NCBI GenBank assembly: GCA_017515985.1
Contig: JAFWDV010000008.1
Location: 6,470-70,469, forward strand
Direction: 5' to 3'
DNA length: 64,000 nucleotides
Origin: Clostridia bacterium
GTDB taxonomy: Bacteria; Bacillota; Clostridia; TANB77; CAG-508
Positions 38,612-48,250 of the stretch are shown here, one piece after another (the stretch's first letter is position 1; each line of letters opens with the position of its first letter). The position numbers and the translations under genes were made by a program. The notes below the pieces were generated by a model. The model was not told the DNA's origin. It ran no database searches and saw nothing but the letters and a program-made list of their open reading frames with translations.

Positions 38612-39874
38612 TTAATCTTTATAAACAACTTTGCCATCGCATATTGTCATTTTACATTTTCCAAATACATGATTTCCATCAAATGGAGTAGCCTTGCCCA
38701 TTGATACAAATGTTGATGAATCAATATCGTATTCCTCGTCTAAATCATATACTGTTAAATCTGCTGGAGCTCCAACTTTTATTTGTGAACCAATGCCAAA
38801 TAGTTTTGTAGCATTTGTGTTCATAAGCTCAAGAAGTTTTTCTAAAGTAATGATTCCAGGTTTTACTAGGTTTGTATATAAAACTGGGAAACATACTTCT
38901 AAGCCTACAACTCCCATGCTGCTTCCTGCTAATCCTTTTGATTTTTCTTCTGCAGAATGAGGAGCATGATCTGTTATTATCAAATCTATTGTTCCATCTT
39001 TTATTCCTTCAATTAAAGCAAGTCTATCTTCTTCGGATCTTATAGGAGGATTCATTTTGAATCTACCTTCTTCTTTAATTTGCATATCATTCATTGTTAA
39101 ATAATGTGGCCCTGTTTCGCAAGTTACCGGTACACCTTCTTTTTTAGCTTGTCTTATTAATTCAACGCTTTCTTTAGTTGATATATGACATACGTGATAA
39201 TGACATCCAGTTTGTCTTGAAAGCTCTATGTCTCTTTTTATTGGAACCCATTCACTTGCTGAACAAATTCCTTTATGTCCATGTATTTTCGCATATTCGC
39301 CATCGTGGATATAACCACCATTTAGTAGAGAATTTTCTTCACAATGAGCAACTATCATCTTTCCAAGATCTTTAGCCTGCTTCATTGCCTCTAACATCAT
39401 TCTTTCTTTTTGAACTCCATGACCATCATCAGAAAAGGCAATTACCTTACCAGCTATACCTTTTAAATCTGCTAGCTCTTCACCTTTTTCACCAACGGTT
39501 ATCGTTCCATATGGATACACGTGAATTTTAGCATCCTTTTCGATTGCATCAAGTTCAATTTGCAGGTTTTCCATGCAGTCTGGTGTTGGATTTAAATTAG
39601 GCATTGCACATATACTTGTGTAACCGCCTTTAGCACCAGCATAGCTTCCAGTTGCGATTGTTTCCTTATAAATAAAACCAGGTTCTCTTAGATGTGTATG
39701 AACATCAATCAAACCTGGTAATAAATAATAATTATTCAAATCGTAAACCGCATCGAATCCATTTGTTTCGATGTTTGCAGAAATGTTAGTAATCATTTTG
39801 TCAGTAATTTCTAAGTCATTTTTAGCAAATTTTCCTTCTGTAAAAATAATTGCATTTTTTAATAATGTTTTCAT
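38612..39874 (-). CDS. pyrC: Dihydroorotase. The likely start is MKTLLKNAII at 39874.
   Basis: DVHTHLREPG metal-binding motif. GGAGG RBS before the internal ATG. Confidence 0.85.
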   Translation of the reverse strand: MKTLLKNAIIFTEGKFAKNDLEITDKMITNISANIETNGFDAVYDLNNYYLLPGLIDVHTHLREPGFIYKETIATGSYAGAKGGYTSICAMPNLNPTPDCMENLQIELDAIEKDAKIHVYPYGTITVGEKGEELADLKGIAGKVIAFSDDGHGVQKERMMLEAMKQAKDLGKMIVAHCEENSLLNGGYIHDGEYAKIHGHKGICSASEWVPIKRDIELSRQTGCHYHVCHISTKESVELIRQAKKEGVPVTCETGPHYLTMNDMQIKEEGRFKMNPPIRSEEDRLALIEGIKDGTIDLIITDHAPHSAEEKSKGLAGSSMGVVGLEVCFPVLYTNLVKPGIITLEKLLELMNTNATKLFGIGSQIKVGAPADLTVYDLDEEYDIDSSTFVSMGKATPFDGNHVFGKCKMTICDGKVVYKD

Positions 39875-39924
39875 TTTAATCCTCCTTCCAACCTCGTTTA
39901 TAATATAAAAAGAAAAATAAATTG

Positions 39925-40015
39925 TCAAGGAAATTTTGGGGACGGAGGAAAAAATTTTTCTTAATCTTTGAAATAACCTACAAATGAACTTTTTTCCTCC
40001 GTCCCCAAAATTTCT
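39925..40015. repeat. REPIN-like element (two perfect arms, 35 nt loop) in the pyrC leader.
   Basis: AAATTTTGGGGACGGAGGAAAAAATTTTT ... AACTTTTTTCCTCCGTCCCCAAAATTTCTGCAAAA. Confidence 0.8.
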
Positions 40016-40065
40016 GCAAAAAAAGAAAGCCCCCGCAGCTTTTAGCTGCAGGGTTTAAAGAAGAT

Positions 40066-40410
40066 TTACTGTTCGAATGTTCCGTCCGGCCTCACAGCCG
40101 CATGGGCGTAATAGACGCCGTCCTGGTTTCTTGTTGCTCTGATGCTACTTGGACATACCTTAGCCGCTTGCCCAAGATACATCATAAGCTGAAGGTATGC
40201 ATCCGAAAATGCATACTTCGCATTCGTTTCGTCTCCCGCACATACATCTAAATGGATGGTTCCATCTTTGTTTGTGCTTAAGAGGACATAAAGGACTTTG
40301 CAGTCCTCGTTGTTTCGGACGTTATCTTCTATTTCCCGAAGCAACTCTTCTCTTATGATGTCCATTTTTGGATCATCCTTTCCGCCTTCCGGCTTTTTTT
40401 CGATGGGCAT
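40066..40410 (-). CDS. Hypothetical 114 aa protein in a GC-rich (about 50%) islet.
   Basis: Compositional anomaly. GC-rich terminator CCCGCAGCTTTTAGCTGCAGGG at 40030-40060. Confidence 0.5.
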   Translation of the reverse strand: MPIEKKPEGGKDDPKMDIIREELLREIEDNVRNNEDCKVLYVLLSTNKDGTIHLDVCAGDETNAKYAFSDAYLQLMMYLGQAAKVCPSSIRATRNQDGVYYAHAAVRPDGTFEQ

Positions 40411-40532
40411 TTATCCCAATCCTAGTAATTATACCATATTATGGCACTTTTATCAAATAAAAACTAAAAAGAGCACGATTTTTTCTCGTGCTCTTTAAGC
40501 TACAACAATCATTTTTATTATATACTTGAAAT

Positions 40533-41174
40533 TTATTTTACAACAATGCCTAATAATCTTGATAGTTCAATTGCCTGCATTTCACTCACAACCACACCTT
40601 TTAAACTATGTGGCGTAATTGCAATACCCGTGATATCACAGCTTGATAAATCAATGTTATTCAAGCTTGTATCCATTATTTGAGAAGCAATCAAATTTGT
40701 ATTATTAAATTCCACATCCCTCAAATTTACCTCTTGTAATACAGAGTTCGACATTTTATTTTCAGAGAAACATACTTCTTTATATGTTCCTAAAGATAAG
40801 TTTGAATATGAAATATTCGAATTATCAAGCAAAATATTATACATATTTACATTGCAAAAATTTGAACCAACAAGCTTGCAATTTACAAATGTAACCCTAA
40901 CAAAATTGCATTCATAAAACATGGTGTTAGAAAAGTCGCAATTTTCAAATAAAACATCTGTAAAATATACTCTTTCAAACTTACTATTAGGACTTATACA
41001 CTCCCTAAATTCGCAAGAGCTAAACTCCATGCCTCTTGCCTCTATGTTGCCTTCATAGCATTTATTGAAATAACAGCAAGCCACATCCATATCATGTGCC
41101 ACAGCTTCTCTAATTACACCTTTAATTGTATTACATTCTGTAGTTCCATCTAAATTTGGTTTAATAACTTCCAT
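40533..41174 (-). CDS. Pentapeptide-repeat protein, Qnr/MfpA-like (DNA-gyrase protection family).
   Basis: 213 aa composed almost entirely of A(D/N)LxX-type pentapeptide repeats (NLSLGTYKEVCFSENKMSNSVLQEVNLRDVEFNNTNL...). The size matches Gram-positive Qnr homologues. Confidence 0.6.
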   Translation of the reverse strand: MEVIKPNLDGTTECNTIKGVIREAVAHDMDVACCYFNKCYEGNIEARGMEFSSCEFRECISPNSKFERVYFTDVLFENCDFSNTMFYECNFVRVTFVNCKLVGSNFCNVNMYNILLDNSNISYSNLSLGTYKEVCFSENKMSNSVLQEVNLRDVEFNNTNLIASQIMDTSLNNIDLSSCDITGIAITPHSLKGVVVSEMQAIELSRLLGIVVK

Positions 41175-41272
41175 TCCGTATATTTCCTCTTCTTTCTCCC
41201 GTGTATCTATGTTGCTTTATGTCACTCATATATAAAGTTATAAAGCCTATTTTCCTATATTAATTATACAAC

Positions 41273-41848
41273 TTAAAATCCAATAATCCTTCTAAGCTCT
41301 GCTTGAGTTTCTTCTAATGGTTTACTGTTCTCAAGATTATAAACTTTTATGTTTGGATATTTATTTTTTATATCATCAGCCATTTCAAGGTATACTCTTT
41401 GCTGATTTATGCTATTCTCAGCTTCAAATTTTGAATTATGAAAGCTTGCCTTATCCGGTCTTTTTAATCTTTCATTATATAAATCTTCATTTTCAAGATA
41501 TAGCGTAATATAATAGATTTCAAAGTCTAACTTGCTAAAATCATCTAACAATTTTTCATATACATCAGTAAATGTATATTCTTTTTTTCCCAATCTACAG
41601 TAATTTTCTTCTGTAAAAAATGTTCTATCAAAAACTAAATTGATGCTCTTATTTTCAAGACCTTTTATATATTGCATAAGATGGATGTACATCTCTTCAG
41701 CCTTTATTTTTCCAGTAGGTGTACTATCTGATGTACCACACAATCTGTATAAATTAGTGTAACTTAATGAATGTCTTAAAAAGTCTGTAACTGTTGTTTT
41801 TCCTGCTCCCTGAGCACCTTCTACTACTATCAATTTTGAGTTTGCCAT
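41273..41848 (-). CDS. P-loop NTPase, deoxynucleoside/nucleotide kinase-like. The likely start is MANSKLIV at 41848.
   Basis: Walker A VVEGAQGAGKTT. The longer track ORF extends into the REP arm. Confidence 0.5.
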   Translation of the reverse strand: MANSKLIVVEGAQGAGKTTVTDFLRHSLSYTNLYRLCGTSDSTPTGKIKAEEMYIHLMQYIKGLENKSINLVFDRTFFTEENYCRLGKKEYTFTDVYEKLLDDFSKLDFEIYYITLYLENEDLYNERLKRPDKASFHNSKFEAENSINQQRVYLEMADDIKNKYPNIKVYNLENSKPLEETQAELRRIIGF

Positions 41849-41910
41849 ATGTTTTTCCTCCATATATTTCAAATCAAAATGATTGTATATTTTGACATTT
41901 AATTTGTCAA

Positions 41911-41940
41911 GAAAATTTGGGGACGGAGGAAAAAATTTCT
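41911..41940. repeat. Single REP arm (forward orientation) flanking the RAYT gene.
   Basis: GAAAATTTGGGGACGGAGGAAAAAATTTCT. Confidence 0.75.
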
Positions 41941-41969
41941 CATTTAACCTTTTACTTGAATTGAATTTC

Positions 41970-42719
41970 TTATTCGTTAACAATTGTATTAATCCATTTC
42001 CAAGTCATTCCAAATTTTTCTCCAATATCTTTTTTTCTAATACATGTAGACCTCAGTAACGTCTTAATTATATGGCACAGATATTTTTTTTCAGAAAAAA
42101 TACATTCAATTCCAATTTTATTCTTTTTTATAAAATTGCAAATATATTCATCCATTATTGTATTCTTATCAATATTTTCATCTATAAAATCACTACAATT
42201 ACTGAAATTCTCAAGTATTGCAAAGTTTTTTCCATCAAAGAGCCTTCCAAATATTTTATTTTGAGTAATTCCAGAATTACTCATATAATCATTGTATGAT
42301 GAATATATATACTCTTGTGGCAAAGCTACCATCCCAGCCTTTACTGGATTTAAATGAATATAATTAATGCATTGATACAGATATTTTTTATCCGTAATGG
42401 CCTGACTTTTAAATCTGTCCCTAAAAACATATCCAACACGTTTTTCTATATAATTATAATATTGTGCGTATTCAGTATTAACACACTTCATAAACTTCGA
42501 CAATTTACACATATCCTCTGAGTAAATAAGTATATGCACATGATTTGACATTATGCAATATGCAATAATTTGTATATCAAACTTAAACATGTTTTCCTTT
42601 AACAAAAATAAATATTTTTCTTTTTGCTTATCTAAATTAAAAAGCATCTCTTTATTAATGCCTTGACACATAACATGAAAAAAAGATGCATTTAATCTTT
42701 CTCTAGCTATTCTTGACAT
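41970..42719 (-). mobile_element. IS200/IS605-family HuH tyrosine (Y1) transposase; candidate REP-associated tyrosine transposase (RAYT).
   Basis: HuH motif SNHVHILI, catalytic-Tyr region YIHLNPVKAG, and GYVFRDRFKSQ. Flanked on each side by an inverted single REP arm. Confidence 0.7.
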
Positions 42720-42860
42720 TTTATCATCCTTTCTGTTAATAATTTGCCCCCATATAACTATTTAAGATTAATGCATCTTTCCCCTATAAAATTATGCATA
42801 TATCATAATTATCTTTTGTTTAATTGAAATTTATGACTTTGTTCATATAATTATTTTATC

Positions 42861-42890
42861 GAAAATTTTTTCCTCCGTCCCTATTTTTTC
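42861..42890. repeat. Single REP arm (reverse orientation) flanking the RAYT gene; overlaps the metG 3' end.
   Basis: GAAAATTTTTTCCTCCGTCCCTATTTTTT. Confidence 0.75.
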
Positions 42891-44473
42891 ATTGAATTTT
42901 TTATATATTCAATTTCTTCCTCTTTGTCTAATCTTACAAATAATGGCTCTCCTTGAGCTATTACTTTTGTTCCTTCTTTTATTTCTTTATCTGAATGAAC
43001 TAATTCCCATGCTGTGTTATCACTATCTATTCCAAGCTGTGTTAACATTTTCTTTGAAGTTGCAGGCATAAATGGTATTATCATTAATGCTACTTTTCTT
43101 AGATTTTCAGCCAAATGGAACATTACCGATTTTAATTTTTCTTTATCCGCTTCATTCTCAGATTTTGCTAATGCCCATGGTGCAGTTTCATCTATATACT
43201 TGTTTGTTCTTGCGATAATAGCCCAAATTTCTGCCAAACCATTACTTATATGATATGTGTCTAATGCTTCCTCAACTTTGCTTATTTGTTCATTTGTGTA
43301 GCTTTCTAGACTATCATCAAATTCTGTTCTTGTAGAAATATCTGTTGGAATTACTCCTCCATAATATTTATTCATCATTCCTATTGTTCTATTTAGTAGA
43401 TTTCCTAAATCATTTGCCAAATCAGAATTAAATCTTTCAACAAAATCTTCTGGAGTGAACATTGAATCTTGTGCAAATCCCATCATTCTTAATAAATAAT
43501 ACTTAGTAGCATCTAGTCCATATCTTTCTATTAAAGTTTCTGGATATATAACGTTTCCTACTGATTTAGACATTTTACCATCTTTCATTACAATCCAGCT
43601 ATGAGCATAAATTTGTTTTGGTAGCTCTAACCCCAAAGCATGTAGGAATATTGGCCAATAAATACCGTGGAATCTTATGATTTCCTTACCAACAACATGT
43701 AAGTCAGCTGGCCAGTATTTATTAAATAATGAATCATCATCACCCTCATACCCTAATGCTGTGATATAGTTTGTTAAAGCATCAAGCCAAACATATAAAA
43801 CATGCTCTGGATCATTTGGAAGTGGTATTCCCCAATCAAATGTATTTCTACTTATACATAAATCTTCTAATCCTGGCTCTATAAAGTTCTTGAATATCTC
43901 ATTTTTTCTTGACTCTGGAACAATGAACTCTGGATTTTTTGCATAAAACTCTTTAATCCATGGCTCATATTTTTTCATATTGAAGAAGTACGCATCCTCG
44001 CTCATTTTTTTAACTTCTCTACCACAATCAGGACATTTTCCATCAACCAACTGTGTTTCTGTGAAGTAGTTTTCACAAGGCATACAATACCAATCTTCAT
44101 ACTTACCTTTGTATATATCTCCATTATCAATAAATTTTTGAACTATCTTTTGAACTGCTTTACAGTGATAATCATCTGTAGTTCTTATAAATTTATCATA
44201 ATTAATATCCATTAGTTCCCATAATTTTTTAGCAGCAGATGCCATATCGTCAACATGCATTTGAGGAGACATGCCTCTTTTTTCCGCCACTGTTTGAATT
44301 TTTTGTCCATGTTCATCTAGACCAGTTAGCATGAATGTGTCGTACCCTCTTGCTTGCTTATATCTTTTAATAGCATTCGTTAGCACTTCACAATAAGCTG
44401 TACCTATATGAAATTTTCCACTTGGATAATATATAGGTGTTGTTATGTAAAACTTTTTATTCTCGTTTTCCAT
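42881..44473 (-). CDS. metG: Methionine--tRNA ligase (short form). The likely start is MENENKKFY at 44473.
   Basis: HIGH (PSGKFHIGTAY), KMSKS, and zinc-knuckle Cys residues (CMPCENY...CPDC). Confidence 0.9.
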   Translation of the reverse strand: MENENKKFYITTPIYYPSGKFHIGTAYCEVLTNAIKRYKQARGYDTFMLTGLDEHGQKIQTVAEKRGMSPQMHVDDMASAAKKLWELMDINYDKFIRTTDDYHCKAVQKIVQKFIDNGDIYKGKYEDWYCMPCENYFTETQLVDGKCPDCGREVKKMSEDAYFFNMKKYEPWIKEFYAKNPEFIVPESRKNEIFKNFIEPGLEDLCISRNTFDWGIPLPNDPEHVLYVWLDALTNYITALGYEGDDDSLFNKYWPADLHVVGKEIIRFHGIYWPIFLHALGLELPKQIYAHSWIVMKDGKMSKSVGNVIYPETLIERYGLDATKYYLLRMMGFAQDSMFTPEDFVERFNSDLANDLGNLLNRTIGMMNKYYGGVIPTDISTRTEFDDSLESYTNEQISKVEEALDTYHISNGLAEIWAIIARTNKYIDETAPWALAKSENEADKEKLKSVMFHLAENLRKVALMIIPFMPATSKKMLTQLGIDSDNTAWELVHSDKEIKEGTKVIAQGEPLFVRLDKEEEIEYIKNSMKK

Positions 44474-44646
44474 AAAAATCTCCTCCTTCTTTTTATAATA
44501 ATAGACTCTCCACTTGGAAAGTCTTAACAATTATATATTCTATCTGGCTTTAAGTCAACATTATATTATGTAATTTAAATAAAAAATATGTAGACCAATC
44601 CGAAAATTGATCTACATATTTAGTTTATGATGTATATGACTGTATA

Positions 44647-47600
44647 CTATCCTATACTATCTCCCAATAAAACTGTATATTTATCTTGTGGTATTATTAA
44701 ATCTTCTTCTTCATATTCATCTAATGAAGCAATAATATGGATATTTTGTAAATTTTCAAAGCTTTCAAATATTTTTAAATCTTCTTCTTCGATTCTATCC
44801 ATTCCATCCTCCATATTCATCAAAATATAAATATCGGTTTTAATCATAGGACTTATACCTTTTACATCGTATAATAATCTCCTAGGTATGTACATTGGAA
44901 GACCAGAATCATTACATTCTCTATATTCTTTTAGCTCAATTGTTAACAAATCATCATCTGCTCTTACATATAAATCTTTCCAATAATTCTTTGCAATTTC
45001 ATATAGCTCTCTATTGGTAAACTTAAGTGTTGGAAATTCCTCTTCAAAATCATCTGGAGGTATTAGGTCTTCACTAAAATCAACATCTATCATATCATAT
45101 CCAGACATTCTTCCTACTGTATATTTAGCAGAATAATCTCCTTGTGTAACCAATGAATAATACTTTTCTGGGACCATTATATATGAATTATTTTCTAAAC
45201 CATAATCTCTTTCTTCAAGTCTGGATTGTAATACATATATATCACTAACTAAATAAAAATCCTTTGTCTCTTTTGAAATTGAATTACCAAATGTATTAGC
45301 TACAACTATATTATCCTTATCAATTGTATTAGAATTCTTTAACCTATTCATATATGGATTATATCTTACAATTATTCCATCATTGTCTAGATTTCTATCA
45401 ATTTTAAATGTTATATTTGTTGTAACTGTATCGTAGCTCCAATATGATACCACCGTATCTTCGTCTACAGGAATTATAAATGATCTTTTATTTATTTTGT
45501 TTCCATTTACTTTTACATTAACTGAACCAATTTCCTTAGAGTTTATATAGTTAGCTAAATTCATTTCTAATCCGCTCTCATCAGGAATTGCAATTACTAT
45601 ATTTTCTTCCTTGGTATCCTTTTCCACGATGATAGATGGGCCGTCTTCAGTCATTCTCTCCCCATCATAAGAATCAATATACAATGTCCATAAAACCTTA
45701 TCAGCAAATTTATCTATGTTTTTTATGTTATTTTCCTTTAAGTTAACTTCTGCAACTGATTTTACATTGAACAAGTCAAAATCATCGCTCAAATCACAGT
45801 CAATTAATGTTATGAATACAAGATTCATATCGCTTAAGTCACCTGTCAAATTATAATTATGAGACAAATTGATATTCTTTAAACCTACTATTTCTTTAAG
45901 AGAAGAAATATCGCCTAACTCACAATTCTCAAGAAAAATACATGATGCATTTTTCAATTGTCCAAGATTTGTAATACCTTTATTATTAGATAAACTATAT
46001 GTAACTCCAAAGAATTCACTGTCGACTTCCATAAGCTCCATTTCTCTTCTAATATCATCCTCTGTTATTGATTCAATGTATATTTCCCCAGCATCTTTGA
46101 TATTACATCCGTCTAAAACAATATAAAAAGTATTTTTTAACTTTCTAATTGGTTCAAAATTACTAATTTCTGAGTTGTTTGATAAATCTATGCTATATAT
46201 TGTTGCTTCTTCCAATCCAGAAATATCTTTTAATTTATTGTTAGATAAATTGATATAATCCAAATTTTCCATCTTCAGAATATCCTTTAGTGGATCTACG
46301 GATTCAATTCCATTATCACTTAAATCTAGATAACCTAGATTTTTAAGATTTGCTATTTCACTATAATCCTCAATATAATTTCCTTTCAAATCTAATGAAA
46401 ATATATCTTTATATTTATCACTATTCTCCATAGAAGTAATTCCACAATAAGCTAATGATAAATTGTCTTCAATCTTCAGCTCTCCATATCCAGTAATACA
46501 ATCATTTCTATCTAATTTTAGTGTACTAAACTTAACATCTTTTAATGATGAGATGTCTTTTATTTCGTTATTTGATAAATCAAGACTTACACCATCATTT
46601 AAGTATTTCTCTAAGCCATCAATACTTTTTATATTGTTACCTGATAGATTAACTTTAAATGTTGCATTTTTAAAGAATATTTCAAATTCATCTATTTTTT
46701 CCATATTAAAGTTTCTGTCCGATAAATCCAAATACTTACTGATAGTTTCTTTTCTTAAATATTCATTTCCATCTATACTAACTATATCACTTCCATAGTA
46801 ATCTCTTGCAAAATCACGTGCGCTTTTTCCTAATTTATCTATATCAATTAAATCAGATAGATTATTTACTGATACAATTCCAGACAAACCACTATGTACT
46901 CTACAGTCTTCATATGAAATATAAAAGTATCCGCCATCTCCCCAAAATGTACCCCAAGAATTTAATGCAATATATGCACCATCTTTTTCTGGCACGTTTC
47001 CTTTTGGAGATTTAAAGTTGTTTCTTGAATAGTTATCATCCCATCCAACTATTGAAACAGCATGTCCACCTCTACTACCTTCTATATCCTTATAATCTTT
47101 CATATAAAGGTTCATATCATAATCAGGAGCTATTATTTCGGTATATATCGATCCATAATTCATAATGTGCGTTTTCACTGCAGTTTGCAAATCTTTAAAC
47201 TTCCTGTCATACTCTTCTTGAGACATCTCTTCATATCTGTAGAATGTAGGAAATTCGGCATACTTTGTTATATATATATTCTCTTTTGGTGTATGGTAAA
47301 AAGTATTATATTCATAGTCTTCATACACATTTAAAGGTACTTCCTCTTCTAGTACATATCCTTTATTTTGTTCATTATACTGTTTTATATTGGCGAAATA
47401 ACCACCACTATTCTCATCTCTACCTCCAACATTCAATAACTTTGATGTCATATAATCTATGTGACTTTCTGATATGTCATAATACTCGCCTTTTGTTAAT
47501 GCAAGGTTAGTTTCCAATGATTTGACAGAAGCAAAATCCCAACATAAACCAAATTGTCCTTGATTTTCAACTTTAACATTTATCTTGTCTTTCAAATTAA

Positions 47601-48024
47601 ACTTTTTGGGCAATACTTCCTTATTATCATCTTCTTTTTTATCTTCCTCTAAAACATATTCTATGCCTAAATCTTCTTTCTGATCTTCCTTAATTGTTTC
47701 AAGTTCGCTAAACTCAATCTTCTCTTTTCTTGGTATAGCTTCTACTTTTTTCTTTTCTTCATCAGATAGCTTTAAGTATTCTTTATATGCCTCAGAATAA
47801 TTCTCCTCTTCACTGAACTCATCATCAGACTCTACTTTCTTAATTTTTTCAGCTATCTCTTTTCTCTCTGCAACCGTTTTCTCGATTTTAGCTTTCTCAG
47901 CCGTTCTTTCCCTTGCCTTTATTGTATTTGCAATATTATTTCCAACTAGCAAACCAAGCATTACGGCAACAATTGCGCCGACAATAATAATAACAATTTT
48001 CCTTTTAGTAAAAAAATTTCTCAT
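44647..48024 (-). CDS. Membrane-anchored papain-family (C1) cysteine peptidase fused to leucine-rich repeats (1125 aa).
   Basis: N-terminal signal-anchor. C1 catalytic triad motifs QGQFGLCWDFAS (Cys), GHAVSIVGWDD (His), NSWGTFWGDGGYFYIS (Asn). Multiple LDLSNNxIxDIS LRRs. Confidence 0.75.
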   Translation of the reverse strand: MRNFFTKRKIVIIIVGAIVAVMLGLLVGNNIANTIKARERTAEKAKIEKTVAERKEIAEKIKKVESDDEFSEEENYSEAYKEYLKLSDEEKKKVEAIPRKEKIEFSELETIKEDQKEDLGIEYVLEEDKKEDDNKEVLPKKFNLKDKINVKVENQGQFGLCWDFASVKSLETNLALTKGEYYDISESHIDYMTSKLLNVGGRDENSGGYFANIKQYNEQNKGYVLEEEVPLNVYEDYEYNTFYHTPKENIYITKYAEFPTFYRYEEMSQEEYDRKFKDLQTAVKTHIMNYGSIYTEIIAPDYDMNLYMKDYKDIEGSRGGHAVSIVGWDDNYSRNNFKSPKGNVPEKDGAYIALNSWGTFWGDGGYFYISYEDCRVHSGLSGIVSVNNLSDLIDIDKLGKSARDFARDYYGSDIVSIDGNEYLRKETISKYLDLSDRNFNMEKIDEFEIFFKNATFKVNLSGNNIKSIDGLEKYLNDGVSLDLSNNEIKDISSLKDVKFSTLKLDRNDCITGYGELKIEDNLSLAYCGITSMENSDKYKDIFSLDLKGNYIEDYSEIANLKNLGYLDLSDNGIESVDPLKDILKMENLDYINLSNNKLKDISGLEEATIYSIDLSNNSEISNFEPIRKLKNTFYIVLDGCNIKDAGEIYIESITEDDIRREMELMEVDSEFFGVTYSLSNNKGITNLGQLKNASCIFLENCELGDISSLKEIVGLKNINLSHNYNLTGDLSDMNLVFITLIDCDLSDDFDLFNVKSVAEVNLKENNIKNIDKFADKVLWTLYIDSYDGERMTEDGPSIIVEKDTKEENIVIAIPDESGLEMNLANYINSKEIGSVNVKVNGNKINKRSFIIPVDEDTVVSYWSYDTVTTNITFKIDRNLDNDGIIVRYNPYMNRLKNSNTIDKDNIVVANTFGNSISKETKDFYLVSDIYVLQSRLEERDYGLENNSYIMVPEKYYSLVTQGDYSAKYTVGRMSGYDMIDVDFSEDLIPPDDFEEEFPTLKFTNRELYEIAKNYWKDLYVRADDDLLTIELKEYRECNDSGLPMYIPRRLLYDVKGISPMIKTDIYILMNMEDGMDRIEEEDLKIFESFENLQNIHIIASLDEYEEEDLIIPQDKYTVLLGDSIG

Positions 48025-48224
48025 TTGAACATCTCCTTCCGTACAATTATTATAGATGTCTATATCTTATGTAAATTAAACTTCACTCTTTATTATACAC
48101 CATTTTTCCAGATTTATCAAATCATGTCTCATATATATCGTTGATATTTATGTGATCATGCCTTATTTACTATTTCAAATGAACAAAAAAAGACAATATG
48201 TTGTACATACTGTCTTCTCATATA

Positions 48225-48250
48225 AATTTTGAGTCCGTCCCTATTTTCTT
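48225..48250. repeat. Degenerate single REP arm (GAGTCCGTCCC variant).
   Basis: AAATTTTGAGTCCGTCCCTATTTTC. Confidence 0.45.

Noticed and set aside
41273-41983. N-terminal 45 aa extension of the kinase-like ORF (and similar extensions of tyrS, pyrC, pyrB, glmM, metG, the ZntA-like gene, the MgtA-like gene and the 86 aa ORF)
   Set aside because: The extensions run into REP elements or overlap the RBS. Internal ATGs have canonical GGAGG-type RBSs with correct spacing, and homologues start at the internal Met.
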